Shown piece by piece: positions 44,556 through 56,396 of a stretch of 64,000 nt of DNA. A program made the position numbers and the translations under genes. The notes under the pieces were generated by a model. That model was given only the letters and a program-made list of their open reading frames with translations, did not search any database and was not told the origin of the DNA. Every line of letters begins with the position of its first letter. Position 1 is the first letter of the stretch. The stretch comes from the human T2T-CHM13v2.0 reference genome, Homo sapiens: assembly GCF_009914755.1 (NCBI RefSeq), contig NC_060926.1; one strand, written 5' to 3'.

Positions 44556-46986
44556 AAATTCCTTTCTCGAGACAAGAACCTCACTCCTAGCTTTGTACAC
44601 ATAATGCACGCAAGCTCCAATGCTGAAGCAATCAATCCTTCTGAGAAAGAAAATCACAGATTCCCAGAGCCTTATTTTCAGAATCGCTCATGTTGCTTCC
44701 AGACATTGGCTATTTAATCCTTCCAGAACAACCGAGAGAATTTACACAAATAAACTTCTCCTTTTACAGAAGAGAATGCTGCTGTACAGGAAGATCAAGC
44801 GTTTTCCTTGAGATGACCCACGGAACTCAACCCTTTCTCCATGTTTATTCCTTTACTATATCACTTGCTGTTAGGCATAAAGTAATCCTAAATTGATATG
44901 AGATTTAAAACAAAAAACTTAAAAAGTGTAAGAGTCAAACCAATTTTAAAAAGTCAGGGTACGTATAAGAGAAATGAATCCACTGTATGATATTTATGCA
45001 ATTTTTCAGAAGCTGGATCTTTTCTTCTGACTGTTGTGGGAAACTAACAAAGTAAGTACTGCTGAATGGACTTCAGTTTCCACTCATATTTCCTAAGTGA
45101 GAAAGGAACAGAAACACATAGCTGGGGTTTTTTAAAATAATAAGTTATGCATGTAAGTTACATTTAAATTTATAGAAACATGATTTGACTCTGCCAGGTC
45201 AAGAAAAAAAAATTATTATTAGGGTAAACCTGGGAACATGGAGAGCTTCGAGGCCCCTCATTATCGTGGGATGTAAAACCTGGTCAAGGTATAAGAAGGG
45301 TAGAAATGAATGTGAGAAGAGCGTCTGGTGGGGATGACAGACATGTTCGACTTTCCCCTCCAAATAGCTCCTTGTCAAGTTTTGAAAAACAATCTTTGTC
45401 CATAAAAGTTTCCTCATGCCAAATCCTGTTTGTGCAAGAATCCTTCAACTTTACCCAGTCCAGCAAAGTGTCTTACAGGCAGGAGAGAGGGAGGAAGGGA
45501 GAAAGGAGGGAGGGAAGATAAAGAGATGAGGAAAAGAGAGAGTGAGAGCGAGACAGCGAGGAGGAGGGGGGCAGAGAGAGAGGAGATTTTCAATTATTTC
45601 CATGTTAAGTCATGGTTTGAAAAAAAAAATGGTAACTTCTAATGCTAATAATTTCCCCAAACACCAAAGCAATATATGCTCATTGCACAAAACTAGGAAT
45701 TTTTTTAAAAGACAAAAGAAAATCAAACTTACTAAAAGTATTTCACTTCACTGTGAGTATGTGAATATGTTGGGCTCCATCATCCGGTGCCTCTCCCCAA
45801 TACACACATACACACACACAAACACACAAACACACACATATCTGTTCCCTGTGCCTATGAATGCATATAGATTTTTTAAATCACATTAGTATCTAAGAAT
45901 ATAGCTTTTTGGCTTAGTTTTACTATTTATTATATCATGAGTCCTTTCTTATGCCCTGCAATATGCTCCATAGATTTTGTCTCTAGCATAATTTCTGCAA
46001 TGAGTTAATGCAATTTATTAAATCAGTGACATACTAATGGATGTTGTTTCTATTATTTTCTTAAAATAAGTAATATGTATATTTGTGAATCTTAATGTAA
46101 TTCTATAGTTATTTCCTTAGGAATATTTTCTAGAAGTGGAAATTCTGAATCAAAGTCTATAAGCATTTTAAAGCATCTAATATATGATATTGTGTTTTGT
46201 GTTTTCTCTGATTTTAGTGAGATTTGAATATTAACTCTTTTCTCAATATAAAAATCCAAGTTTATTAAGTCAACTCTTTTTCTATTTAATTTATAATTTT
46301 TTCTTTGTTCTGCAATATGCTATTTCCTCCACTTTCCTCTAGGTTATTTTCTATAATTACCTTTTTGAAGGATTAGGTAATTCATTTTTATTCTTTCTAT
46401 AGAAACATTGCTAAGTACTTCAAGTGAAATATCTAATTTAACCCGAGCAGGAACTCAGTAGATATTATTCTTAGCTCCAGTTTATAGCTGAGGAAATGGA
46501 CTTAAATAAGTTAAACAACTTCCAAAGTTCACAGAGTAAACAGATGGTGAAATCCAGGCTTGATCTCTTCACATATTGCAAAGATTCAAAGACAGCGAAC
46601 TTCCTTACCTGTGAGCACAAGGCTGTGGGAACAACCCATGAGATGGATGGGTCCTGTTCTTTTTTGGGCTTTTCTTAACATGAAGGATAATTTACATGTT
46701 CTACCTAGGATAATGTTTTCTGTTTTATTTTGCTAGAAATAGCATATATTAATGCAATTTTAATGGCAATTTCTAATATCGTATGACAAAATTTATCAAG
46801 GAGTTTCCTACTGAAAACTTATCAAAGAGTTTTCATGAGAATGCTATTTTTAATGATTCTTACAAATGTTACAGAAATATTTGGAAAGAGCTCCATTCTC
46901 TCCTTACACAATAGACTATCCATTATATATCAGATAAGTTGAATTTATTAAATTTTATTCACATTTATTTTACTCAATTTTTACTT

Positions 46987-47309
<323 letters not shown>

Positions 47310-47746
47310 TTAACTTTTTTATTTTACTCAATTTCAATTATTTTCATAGACTTGTTTTGCCCCAGCCTGAGAATAGTGTAACGTCTCTCTTTCAATGGCT
47401 TCTTACCTTAAGTCTTCTGTGTATGATATTAACAATGCCTTCTCCACTCTCTACTCGCCTAATTTATCTTTGCCTTTCCTTTTATTTCCAAGATTTTCTT
47501 GTCATTTGATTTTATGTGAGAATTCCACATATACTACTCTTTGGATCTGAGATCTTTTTCTTTTTAATACTCAAGATTAATCCATTCACATTTATTCTGA
47601 CAACTAATGTGCTTGGTTTTGACTTTTGTTCTTTCTTCTTTTTCTTTTTTCGTTTTCCTTTTCCTCTCACATTTCCCAAATGATGTGATTCCAGATTTTA
47701 TTTATATTACATACAGAAGAAAGCTCCAGCCCTTTAGCTTGGTATC

Positions 47747-48099
47747 TGTCTTAGCTTGTTTGTGATGTTGTAATAGAATACTTGACACTGGGTCATTTAT
47801 AAAGAACAGAAATTAATTTTCTCACAGTTCCAGAGGCTGAGAAGTCCAAAGTCAAGGCACCAGGCATCTTGTTAAGGACCTTTCTGCTGTATAATCATTG
47901 CAAATGGCAGCATGGCAAAAATGAAAGAGAGAGTGCACACTCTTCCAGGAGCCCTTTTAATAATGGGATTAATCCATTTATGAGGGTGGAGCCTTTACAA
48001 TCTAAACACCTCCTATTAGGCGCTGTCTCCCAACACTGTTGCATTGGGGATCAACTTTCTAACACATGAATTTCTGCAGGACACATTCAAACCATTGCA
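47747..48099 (-). mobile_element. MSTB/D-like MaLR solo LTR
   Basis: 'tgtcttagcttgtttgtg..ctgggtcatttataaagaacagaaatt..ggacacattcaaaccattgca' with TSD gtatc/ctatc. Confidence 0.85.
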
Positions 48100-49523
48100 C
48101 TATCTATAAGTCTTTCTGGGACCTGGTCCTAACTATTTCTAAAACCTCCAGGCATCTGATCCTCCCACCATGACTTCCAGTACACCTGAATTGCTTTGCA
48201 TTCTTGCCTATACAACGCTGCTTTATGCTCTAGCTTTATTTGTGTTGTTCCTCTTCTGTTGTAATGCTCTTGCTGTAGTTTTTCACCTGGCTAAATTTCA
48301 TTGCCTTTCCCAGAATTATTCTGTCATCTCCTCCAGAAGCTTTCTCTGAAATATCCTCTGAGCCTTCTAATGTGTTCTCTTAGCAACCTGCATGCCTCTC
48401 CCTGGGTGCTCTCTCAGAATGCCTCTTGCCAGAAGAAGTTTATCAATTATAAATAAATGAATGTCAGGGAGACCTCTGTTTATAATTACACTATTTCTTC
48501 ATGAGAAATTTAGCAATTTACTAATAAAAATGTAGAGCTTTCCTTTAAACTTAAAAACAGCTGCTGTTACTTAGGCTTACAAGCTAAATGGTTCTATCAA
48601 TTCAGACAATGGACATGATCATAATAAAAACCATGAATACAGCATCACAGTGATAGCCACTTCCATGGAAGTATAAAGAACAGCATCTCACATGCACAGG
48701 AATTGATTTAGACTTGAAAGCCACCTGTCTGCTGAGCCAATATATTGAGGTCCATAAACGTGGTGTTCTACATTATCCTTAAACAGCTCCGCTCCTCTTA
48801 GCAATTGCTCTAACAGTCACCAGCTGCTGTGTCAGAGGTGGGCACCAAGATATTACATCTATGCCAACAGCTCAGCTCCAGAATAAACAAGGAAGCCCTG
48901 AGAAGCCCTTTCTTAACTTTTTCTTTCTTAGTTCAGGTATGACTCATATCATGGACTTAGCTTAGCAAATCCCACTTAAAGCAGAGACTGGGAGCTTTAG
49001 CAAAAATGACAGATAACACTGGGTCCTCACAAAAGCCCAACTTGTGACCCAGGCTGTTTCAGGCTGTGTGCCATGTGCACACAGGACAGGTACTTGTGCC
49101 TTTATGCATTGAGTTCTTTATAGCATAAGTAAAATAGATCTTCACAAATCTTCACACCCTGAGGGAAACAATTTGAAGGGTCTCACCAACTAGGCAAGTG
49201 GATCTCACTAGGATGCTGTGCTGACAGATATCACCTCTCTCTTCAGAATTCCCACTTTTCAGTGCAACAGTGAAAAACATTTGTGACTTTTGAAAGAGTA
49301 AGTGCATCTGTCAAAGCAGGCACACACACACACACACACAAAGAGTAAGAAGATGATACAAGGGGCCATGTCAGAGAACAACAAAGATTGGACACAATCA
49401 AAGTGTGAAGTGGGGGAGAGGTTGGGATTAAAACAATAATACCAGATACAGTATGTGCCCTCTGGGTGGAAAGGAGAAGAAAAGAAAGAAGGGAGGGAGT
49501 AGGTGAAAGAAGAGAGAGCTGTC

Positions 49524-50146
49524 AAAAGGAAAGAAGGAAGGAAGGAAGGGAGGGAAGGAGGGAGGGAGGAAGGGAGGGAAGGAGGGAGGGAGGGAGGAAG
49601 GGAGGGAGGAACGGAGGGAGGAAGGAGGGAAGGAGGAAGGAGGGAAGGAGGAAGGGAGGAAGGGAGGGAGGAAGGGAGGGAGGAAGGGAGGGAGGAGGGG
49701 AGGGAGGAAGGGAGGGAGGAAGGGAGGGAGGAAGGGAGGGAAGGAGGGAGACAGGAAGGGAGAGAGGAAGGAGGGAAGGAGGGAGGGAGGAAGGGAGGGA
49801 GGAAGGGAGGGAGGAAGGGAGGGAGGAGGGGAGGGAGGAGGGGAGGGAGGAAGGGAGGGAGGAAGGGAGAGAGGAAGGGAGGGAGGAGGGGAGGGAGGAA
49901 GGGAGGGAGGAAGGGAGGGAGGAGGGGAGGGAGGAAGGGAGGGAGGAAGGGAGGGAGGAGGGGAGGGAGGAAGGGAGGGAGGAGGGGAGGGAGGAGGGGA
50001 GGGAGGAGGGGAGGGAGGAGGGGAGGGAGGAAGGGAGAGAGGAAGGGAGGGAGGAGGGGAGGGAGGAAGGGAGGGAGGAAGGGAGGGAGGAAGGGAGGGA
50101 AGAAGGGAGGGAGGGAGGGAGGAAGGGAGGGAGGAAGGGAGGGAGG
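49524..50146. repeat. Homopurine minisatellite; core of about 27 x 12-bp units AGGGAGGA(A/G)GGG
   Basis: About 620 nt containing only two pyrimidines on the + strand. The regular 12-mer core spans about 49783-50107. Confidence 0.97.
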
Positions 50147-50549
50147 CTCACTCACTAAAAAGCTCAGTATTTGGGTCAGATCTAGGACACAAATGGCATC
50201 ATTACAGCTCAAACTTGCTCTCCTCATCCCTGGACTCCAATTTTATCTTGTGTGGCCTTCACTCTCAGTCAAGCATTTCATTTTGTGTGGCAACAGACTT
50301 TCAAGAGGTACACCCTATATTCTTAGGAACCTCCAAAAGAAAAATAGTGTTTTTTCCCTAATATGTTCAAGGAACCTGAAGCTCCTTAGCCTGGATTTGT
50401 CTGGCTGGGGTCACCTGTGCATTCCTGGAGCTCCACTGATACCACATGACTGTAGAGAAGGTTGCCCAAAGAGTAAAGAGGCCCTGATACCATAAGAGGA
50501 GGTGCATTTTAGAAGAGCAGAAATAACAGAATAAATATTTTTTCGGGTC

Positions 50550-51020
50550 ACTGTGGTTTGAGGATGAGCTGACATGGAGAGTTTAGAGGAAGTTGGTCTG
50601 GTTGTCTGCTGAGCATCCTATCTCTGTCTTCAGGGAACACCATCTTTATGTGCGGAACTTCCCTACCTCACAAGGTCTAGTGGAACTGCCAATCACAAGG
50701 CTCTGATCACAGCAGTGAATATGTGACTCGAGTTAGCCAATCAGTTTTCCTCTCCTGGAAAATGTAATCTTTAGTACTGAGACACAAAGCGTGGTTGCAG
50801 CTGTGTTATCCAAAGATAGAGCCCCAAATGGAGGGCAAGACAGCCTGTTTCTAAACTGCCAGTTACCCAGTGGTGCCTCAGTTCCTGCCCTTCCAGAAGG
50901 CTAGCTGCTCAACTCTTCCTTCAATTCTGTGGCTTACTCAGTGTGTACCCATAGGTGTCCTATTGTTGCTTGTGTTAGGGCCAGTTTCTGCAGAGTACAG
51001 CCTCAGAGCCTGACTACAGT
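50550..51020 (+). mobile_element. Old MLT1 (J/K-like) LTR remnant
   Basis: 'tatgtgactcgagttagccaatcagttttcctctcctggaa' and 'ccagtttctg..cctgactaca'. Confidence 0.5.
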
Positions 51021-51448
51021 GGGGCTAGCTTCAGAGGCTCTCATAATAGTCCATATTACCTTAGATGTCCGGGACTGGACTTAGGTTTTTGTCAAATATG
51101 ATGCCTGGCCCTGTATGGAAATAAATGAAGACCATTGCTGTTCTGCTGTAGAAAGAACATGAGAGGCTGTGGTCTCCACATATATAGTTTTCTGACTGAC
51201 TTCAAACCTGGACTTGTGCTGTGTACTCCTTCTCAGATACGTATTCCTTGGTATGTTGAAATGGAAAATCAACTAATGAAAGGTAAGGCAAAGTGTTCAC
51301 TGATTTTCCTTTCATATCTTCATTAATTAGATGATGATTTATTTATTAAGCACCTTTTCTGGGAAAGGTACTGGAGACACCATGCTGGACAAAAATACTC
51401 ATTCCCTTAACTGAAGGGCCTTGGTAGGGAGAGCCCAAAAATTGAAAA

Positions 51449-52181
<733 letters not shown>

Positions 52182-52556
52182 CAGCTCAATACGTAACTGC
52201 AAACTGAATGAAAGTAACAAAAGAAGAGTATGGTTGTATGAGTACGGAAGAAAGGAGGAGTATGAACTAGCCTGTGGGTATAGTAGTTTTCTCTCACATT
52301 GCACCAACCAACCACAAAGTTAGCAGCTTAAAACAATATCTACCTATTATCTCAAACTTGTGTAGGTCAGAATTCCAGGAATGGTAGGACTGGGCTCTGC
52401 ACTCAGGGCCTCAGAGGCTAAAATCAAGGCTTTGGTCACACTCAGTTCTAGTCTGGAGGCTCTGAAGAGGATTCACTTAGAACCTCCATTTGGATATTGG
52501 AAAAGATCTGTTTCTTGCACTTACAGTAACGAGGTCCTGTTTGCTCGCTGGTTGTT

Positions 52557-52891
52557 CTGCACTGTTGAAACCTCCAATGTGACTGCGCTTGGACAGAGGG
52601 CCTTTGGAGGGAATTAAGGTTAAATAAGATCCTATTTGCCTATTGATGGCCTTATAAAAAGATGAAGACAGATTCTCTGTCTCTCCATTCGAGCACAGAG
52701 GAAACGCCACGTGGAGATACAGTGAGAAGGTGGTCATCTGCAAGCCAGGAAGAGAGGTCTGACCAGAAACTGACCCTGCTGGACCTTAATCTGGGACTTC
52801 CAGCCTTCAGAACTGTGAGAAAATAAATGTCTGCTGTTTAAGCCCCCAGTCTGTGGTGCTTTGTTACAGCAGCCGTGCAGACTAACATACA
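52557..52891 (+). mobile_element. MLT1A0-like LTR
   Basis: 'cagtgagaaggtggtcatctgcaagccaggaagagagg..ggacttccagccttcagaactgtgagaaaataaatgtctgctgtttaagcccccagtctgtgg..gactaacataca'. Confidence 0.85.
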
Positions 52892-52914
52892 GGCTTACTG
52901 CTGGGGACTGTGGT

Positions 52915-53293
52915 TGTATTTGTCCATTCTCACACTGCTATGAAGGAATGCTCAAGAACGGGTAATTTATAAAGGAAAGAGGTTTAACTGACTCACGGTT
53001 CCACATGGCTGGGGAGGCCTCAGGAAACTAACAATCGTGGTGGAAGGCAAAGGAGAAGCAGGCACCTTCTTCACGGGGTTGCAGGACAGGGTAGGAACAA
53101 GCAGGGGAAATGTCAGATGTTTATAAATCCATCAGCTCTGGTGAAAACTCGCTCACTAACACAAGAACAGCATGGGGGAAACTGCCCCCATGATCCAATT
53201 ACCTCCACCTGGTCCCGTCCTTGACACCTTGGGGATTATGGGGATTACAATTCAAAATGAGATTTTGGGTGGAGACACAGCCAAATGATATCA
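52915..53293 (-). mobile_element. THE1D/MSTA-like solo LTR
   Basis: 'tgtatttgtccattctcacactgctatgaagg..ggctggggaggcctcaggaaac..gacacagccaaatgatatca' with TSD gtggt/gtgat. Confidence 0.9.
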
Positions 53294-53601
53294 GTGATGA
53301 ATTCCTAGAAGCTACCCACACTGTGTCACACGGTCTCCACCATCGTCAAAGCCAGTAACAGAGAACCTCCCTCACGTAGTATTTCTTACCTGATTTAAAT
53401 CTTTTTCTTCTGGAAGAGCCCACACCCTCTTTAGCCATTACTTGATTGGGTTAGGCTCACCAAGTGTAAGCTCCTCATCTTAAGATCCACTGATTTGGGA
53501 ACTTAATTATGTCTGCAAAATCTCTTCACAGCAGTACCTAGGTTAGTTTCTGTGAATAACTAGAGGATGTGAGTATACCAGGGGCCAAGGTCTTAGGGGT
53601 C

Positions 53602-53875
53602 TGTATTAGGGCTCTCTAGAGTGACAGAACAAATAGGATATATATTTATATCCTCTCACATTTTTCTCACATTGCACCAAAATACCACAAAGTATATATA
53701 TAGTATGTATATGTATACACGTATATATACACACACATATGTATATATGTACATACACACATACATGCATATATGTATATACGTATATGTATATATACAC
53801 ACATATAGGTATATATACATATATGCATATATGTATGTGTATACATGTATATATATGTATATATGTATGTGTGTG

Positions 53876-53927
<52 letters not shown>

Positions 53928-54319
53928 GGGGAGTTTATTAAGTAGTATTAACTCATACAATCACAAGGTCCCACAATAGGCCATCTGCAAACTGAGGAGA
54001 AAGGAAGCCAGTCCAACTCCCAAAGCTGAAGAACTTGGAGTCTGATGTTCAAGGGCAGGAAGCATCCAGCACGGGAGAAAGATCTAGGCTGGGAAGTTAA
54101 GTCAGTCTAGCCTTTTCATGTTTTTCTGCCTGCTTTTATATTCTGGCTATACTGGCAGCTGATTAGATGGTGCCCACCCACATTAAGGGTGGGTCTGCCT
54201 TTCCCAGCCCCCTGACTCAAAGGTTAATCTCCTTTGGCAACACTCTCACAGACACACTCAGGATCATTACTTTGCATCCTTCAATCCAATCAAGTTGACA
54301 CTCAGTATTAACCATTGCA
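53602..54319 (-). mobile_element. MLT2A1-like HERV-L solo LTR with an expanded (TA/TG)n tract at about 53694-53926
   Basis: 'tgtattagggctctctagagtgacagaac' ... 'cacaaggtcccacaataggcc..gaagcatccagcacgggagaaaga..tcaatccaatcaagttgacactcagtattaaccattgca' with TSD gggtc/ggatc. Confidence 0.92.
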
Positions 54320-54858
54320 GGATCATCTTAGAATTTTGCTACCACAGTAGGTCAGGGAAAGCTTGCCTGAGGAACAGATAACAGAGCTGAGGCCTAGACA
54401 ATGCCTTAGCTAGATGAGGAGGGAGAAGGAACATTAGAGGCAGAGTAAGAGTGTGGGAGAAGAGTTGTTCTCATGAAACTGAAAGGAAGCCCACAGGCAA
54501 GAGCACAGAGAATGAGGACTGGTGAGAGATGTGAGCTGGTGAGAGGTGTGGATGGATCACCTGGACCAGATCTTCAGAGCCATGCAGGTCACAAGAGGAC
54601 ACTGGACACAGGTCACAAGAGTCCTCCTCTCTGCAGGGTGCTGTCAAAGCCACAGGATGCAGGAGAATTACTGTAAGCCACCTAGAGAATTTGTGACTCT
54701 GGGTAACACTAAGCCAACAGGAATAATATTGAAAATATTTAATAACTGCTTAGACCAGGATACCGTGTGGGCCATGCTCCCCTCCATAGGCCCTGACTAT
54801 GTGGACATTAACCTACCGCCAACTATTTGCTAGTTTGTAAAGAGGTCCAAGGGGGTGT

Positions 54859-54951
54859 AGGTTACAATTTGTCACCCACACTGGGACAGTTTTGAGAATG
54901 ACAGGTGTAAACCAGGACTTTCCTGGCAAAAGCAAGAATTAGAGTCACCTC
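54859..54951. mobile_element. MER94-like hAT MITE
   Basis: 'aggttacaatttgtcacccacactgggacagttttgagaatga..ccaggactttcctggcaaa..gtcacct'. Confidence 0.6.
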
Positions 54952-56176
54952 AGCCTTTTGGAACTCAACGCAGTGAATATTCACCAACCAAAAAGAAAAC
55001 TTTTTAAAAATATGTCAGCTAAGTCTCACTTGTGCATATTGACTCTACATCACCTCTATGCACTCCAAGTTAATAGACTTGAGTTCACTAACTAATCTGG
55101 CACTAATTGTCACTCTGGAAAATTGTTCTCGCACCTCAATTTCCCTACCTTGAAAGTAAGCTTATTGCTGTTTCTACCTTAATTCATTCCATGTGAATTT
55201 CATTTAAATGGATTTATAAATAAGCGTTTCTTTCTTTGTCAATGTGTAAATTGCAAAATATCTCCTGTGGCTTTACATTGTAATAGCACTGGGGAGAAAT
55301 GTGATGAGACAAATAAAAATTCCTGAATGAACAATAGTGAGAATTGTGCTGACAGATTCCATATCTTTAAGGTCTGAGGATGTTTAATCCTAGAGTATAA
55401 AGCCTCAACCGTGTCTTTAGTCCCTGTGTACAAAAGCTGTTCTCTGTAGGAAGTCAGCCAGCTGTTGCTTAGCTCTGTTCTAGAGAAGAGGAAATCGCCA
55501 CTGATTTCACAAAGGTGAATATTCCACCCTTCTGCATATACCCATATTTTCCCATTCCTGAGACCCTGTCTCAAATCCCATCATTCTTGGGAATTCCTGG
55601 CTCATGACACCAGCTGGTGGCTCTCCCTCAAGTTACATATTTTGTGCCTTTTGTATGCATCACAAGATGGGTATTTTATCCCATAACATCCTGTTCAGTA
55701 AGTACCTGTGTTTAACAGTATACCATTTTTGTATGACTTCCCACCACCAAATTCTCAAGTATAACAAATTGGGCTAAGCAGCTTGAGCCCTAGCTCTGGG
55801 GGCCCTCACTGATGCTGGGGAAGGTGGCTAAAGTTTCATGTGGCAAGAATGAAGGGAAAGCTGGCTGGAAAGCAGATCTGAGGTTGGCGAACACTCCATC
55901 AGCAAATTATAAGGATCCTGCAGGCAGCAGCTGAGAAACATCACGCCAGGCCCTGCCCCTTCAACACACACCATTAGAACACATAGACCTTTTTCTTATC
56001 ATCTTTCAACCTACACTCAAAGTTCATCTTCATCTCAACAGTTCCCAAAGACTATGGGGAGACCCACTCATTGTAGTCTACCCTATGACTGTAAATTCTA
56101 TAAGTATTGCTGCCTCCAACTACCTAAGCAGGGGTTTATAGTACCTCTAAGTATTGTAGCCTCCAACTATCTAAAG

Positions 56177-56396
56177 CAGGGGTTTATAAACTTTTTCTGT
56201 AAATGGATGGGTAGTAACTGTCTTAGGCTTGAAGGCCATATGTTCTCTGTAGCAAATACTCAACTCTGCCATTATAGTGGGAAAGCCCCGTAGAAGATGT
56301 GTAACCAGTGAGCATGGCTTTATCCACTAAAACTTTGTTGGTAAAAACAAATGGTGGGTTGGATTTAGTCCCTGGACCATAGTTTATTGATTCCTG
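56177..56396 (-). mobile_element. MER58A
   Basis: 'caggggtttataaactttttctgtaaa..aaatactcaactctgccattatag..ggatttagtccctggaccatagtttattgattcctg'. Confidence 0.85.

Larger units (their letters stand above)
52279..54346 (-). mobile_element. Old MLT1 (E/F/G-like) LTR hosting three younger LTR insertions
   Basis: 'ccacaaagttagcagcttaaaacaa..tgtaggtcagaattccagg' ... 'gaacttaattatgtctgcaaaatctcttcacagcagtacctagg' ... 'catcttagaattttgctaccaca'. Confidence 0.7.

Noticed and set aside
49259-50495. Long ORFs of 209-330 aa (REEG/GGRK/PSSL/LPPF repeats)
   Set aside because: Stop-free only because a homopurine repeat cannot contain stop codons. There is no gene context.
53606-53960. Y/I/C/V/H/T-rich ORFs
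   Set aside because: Translation of the (TA)/(TG) microsatellite.
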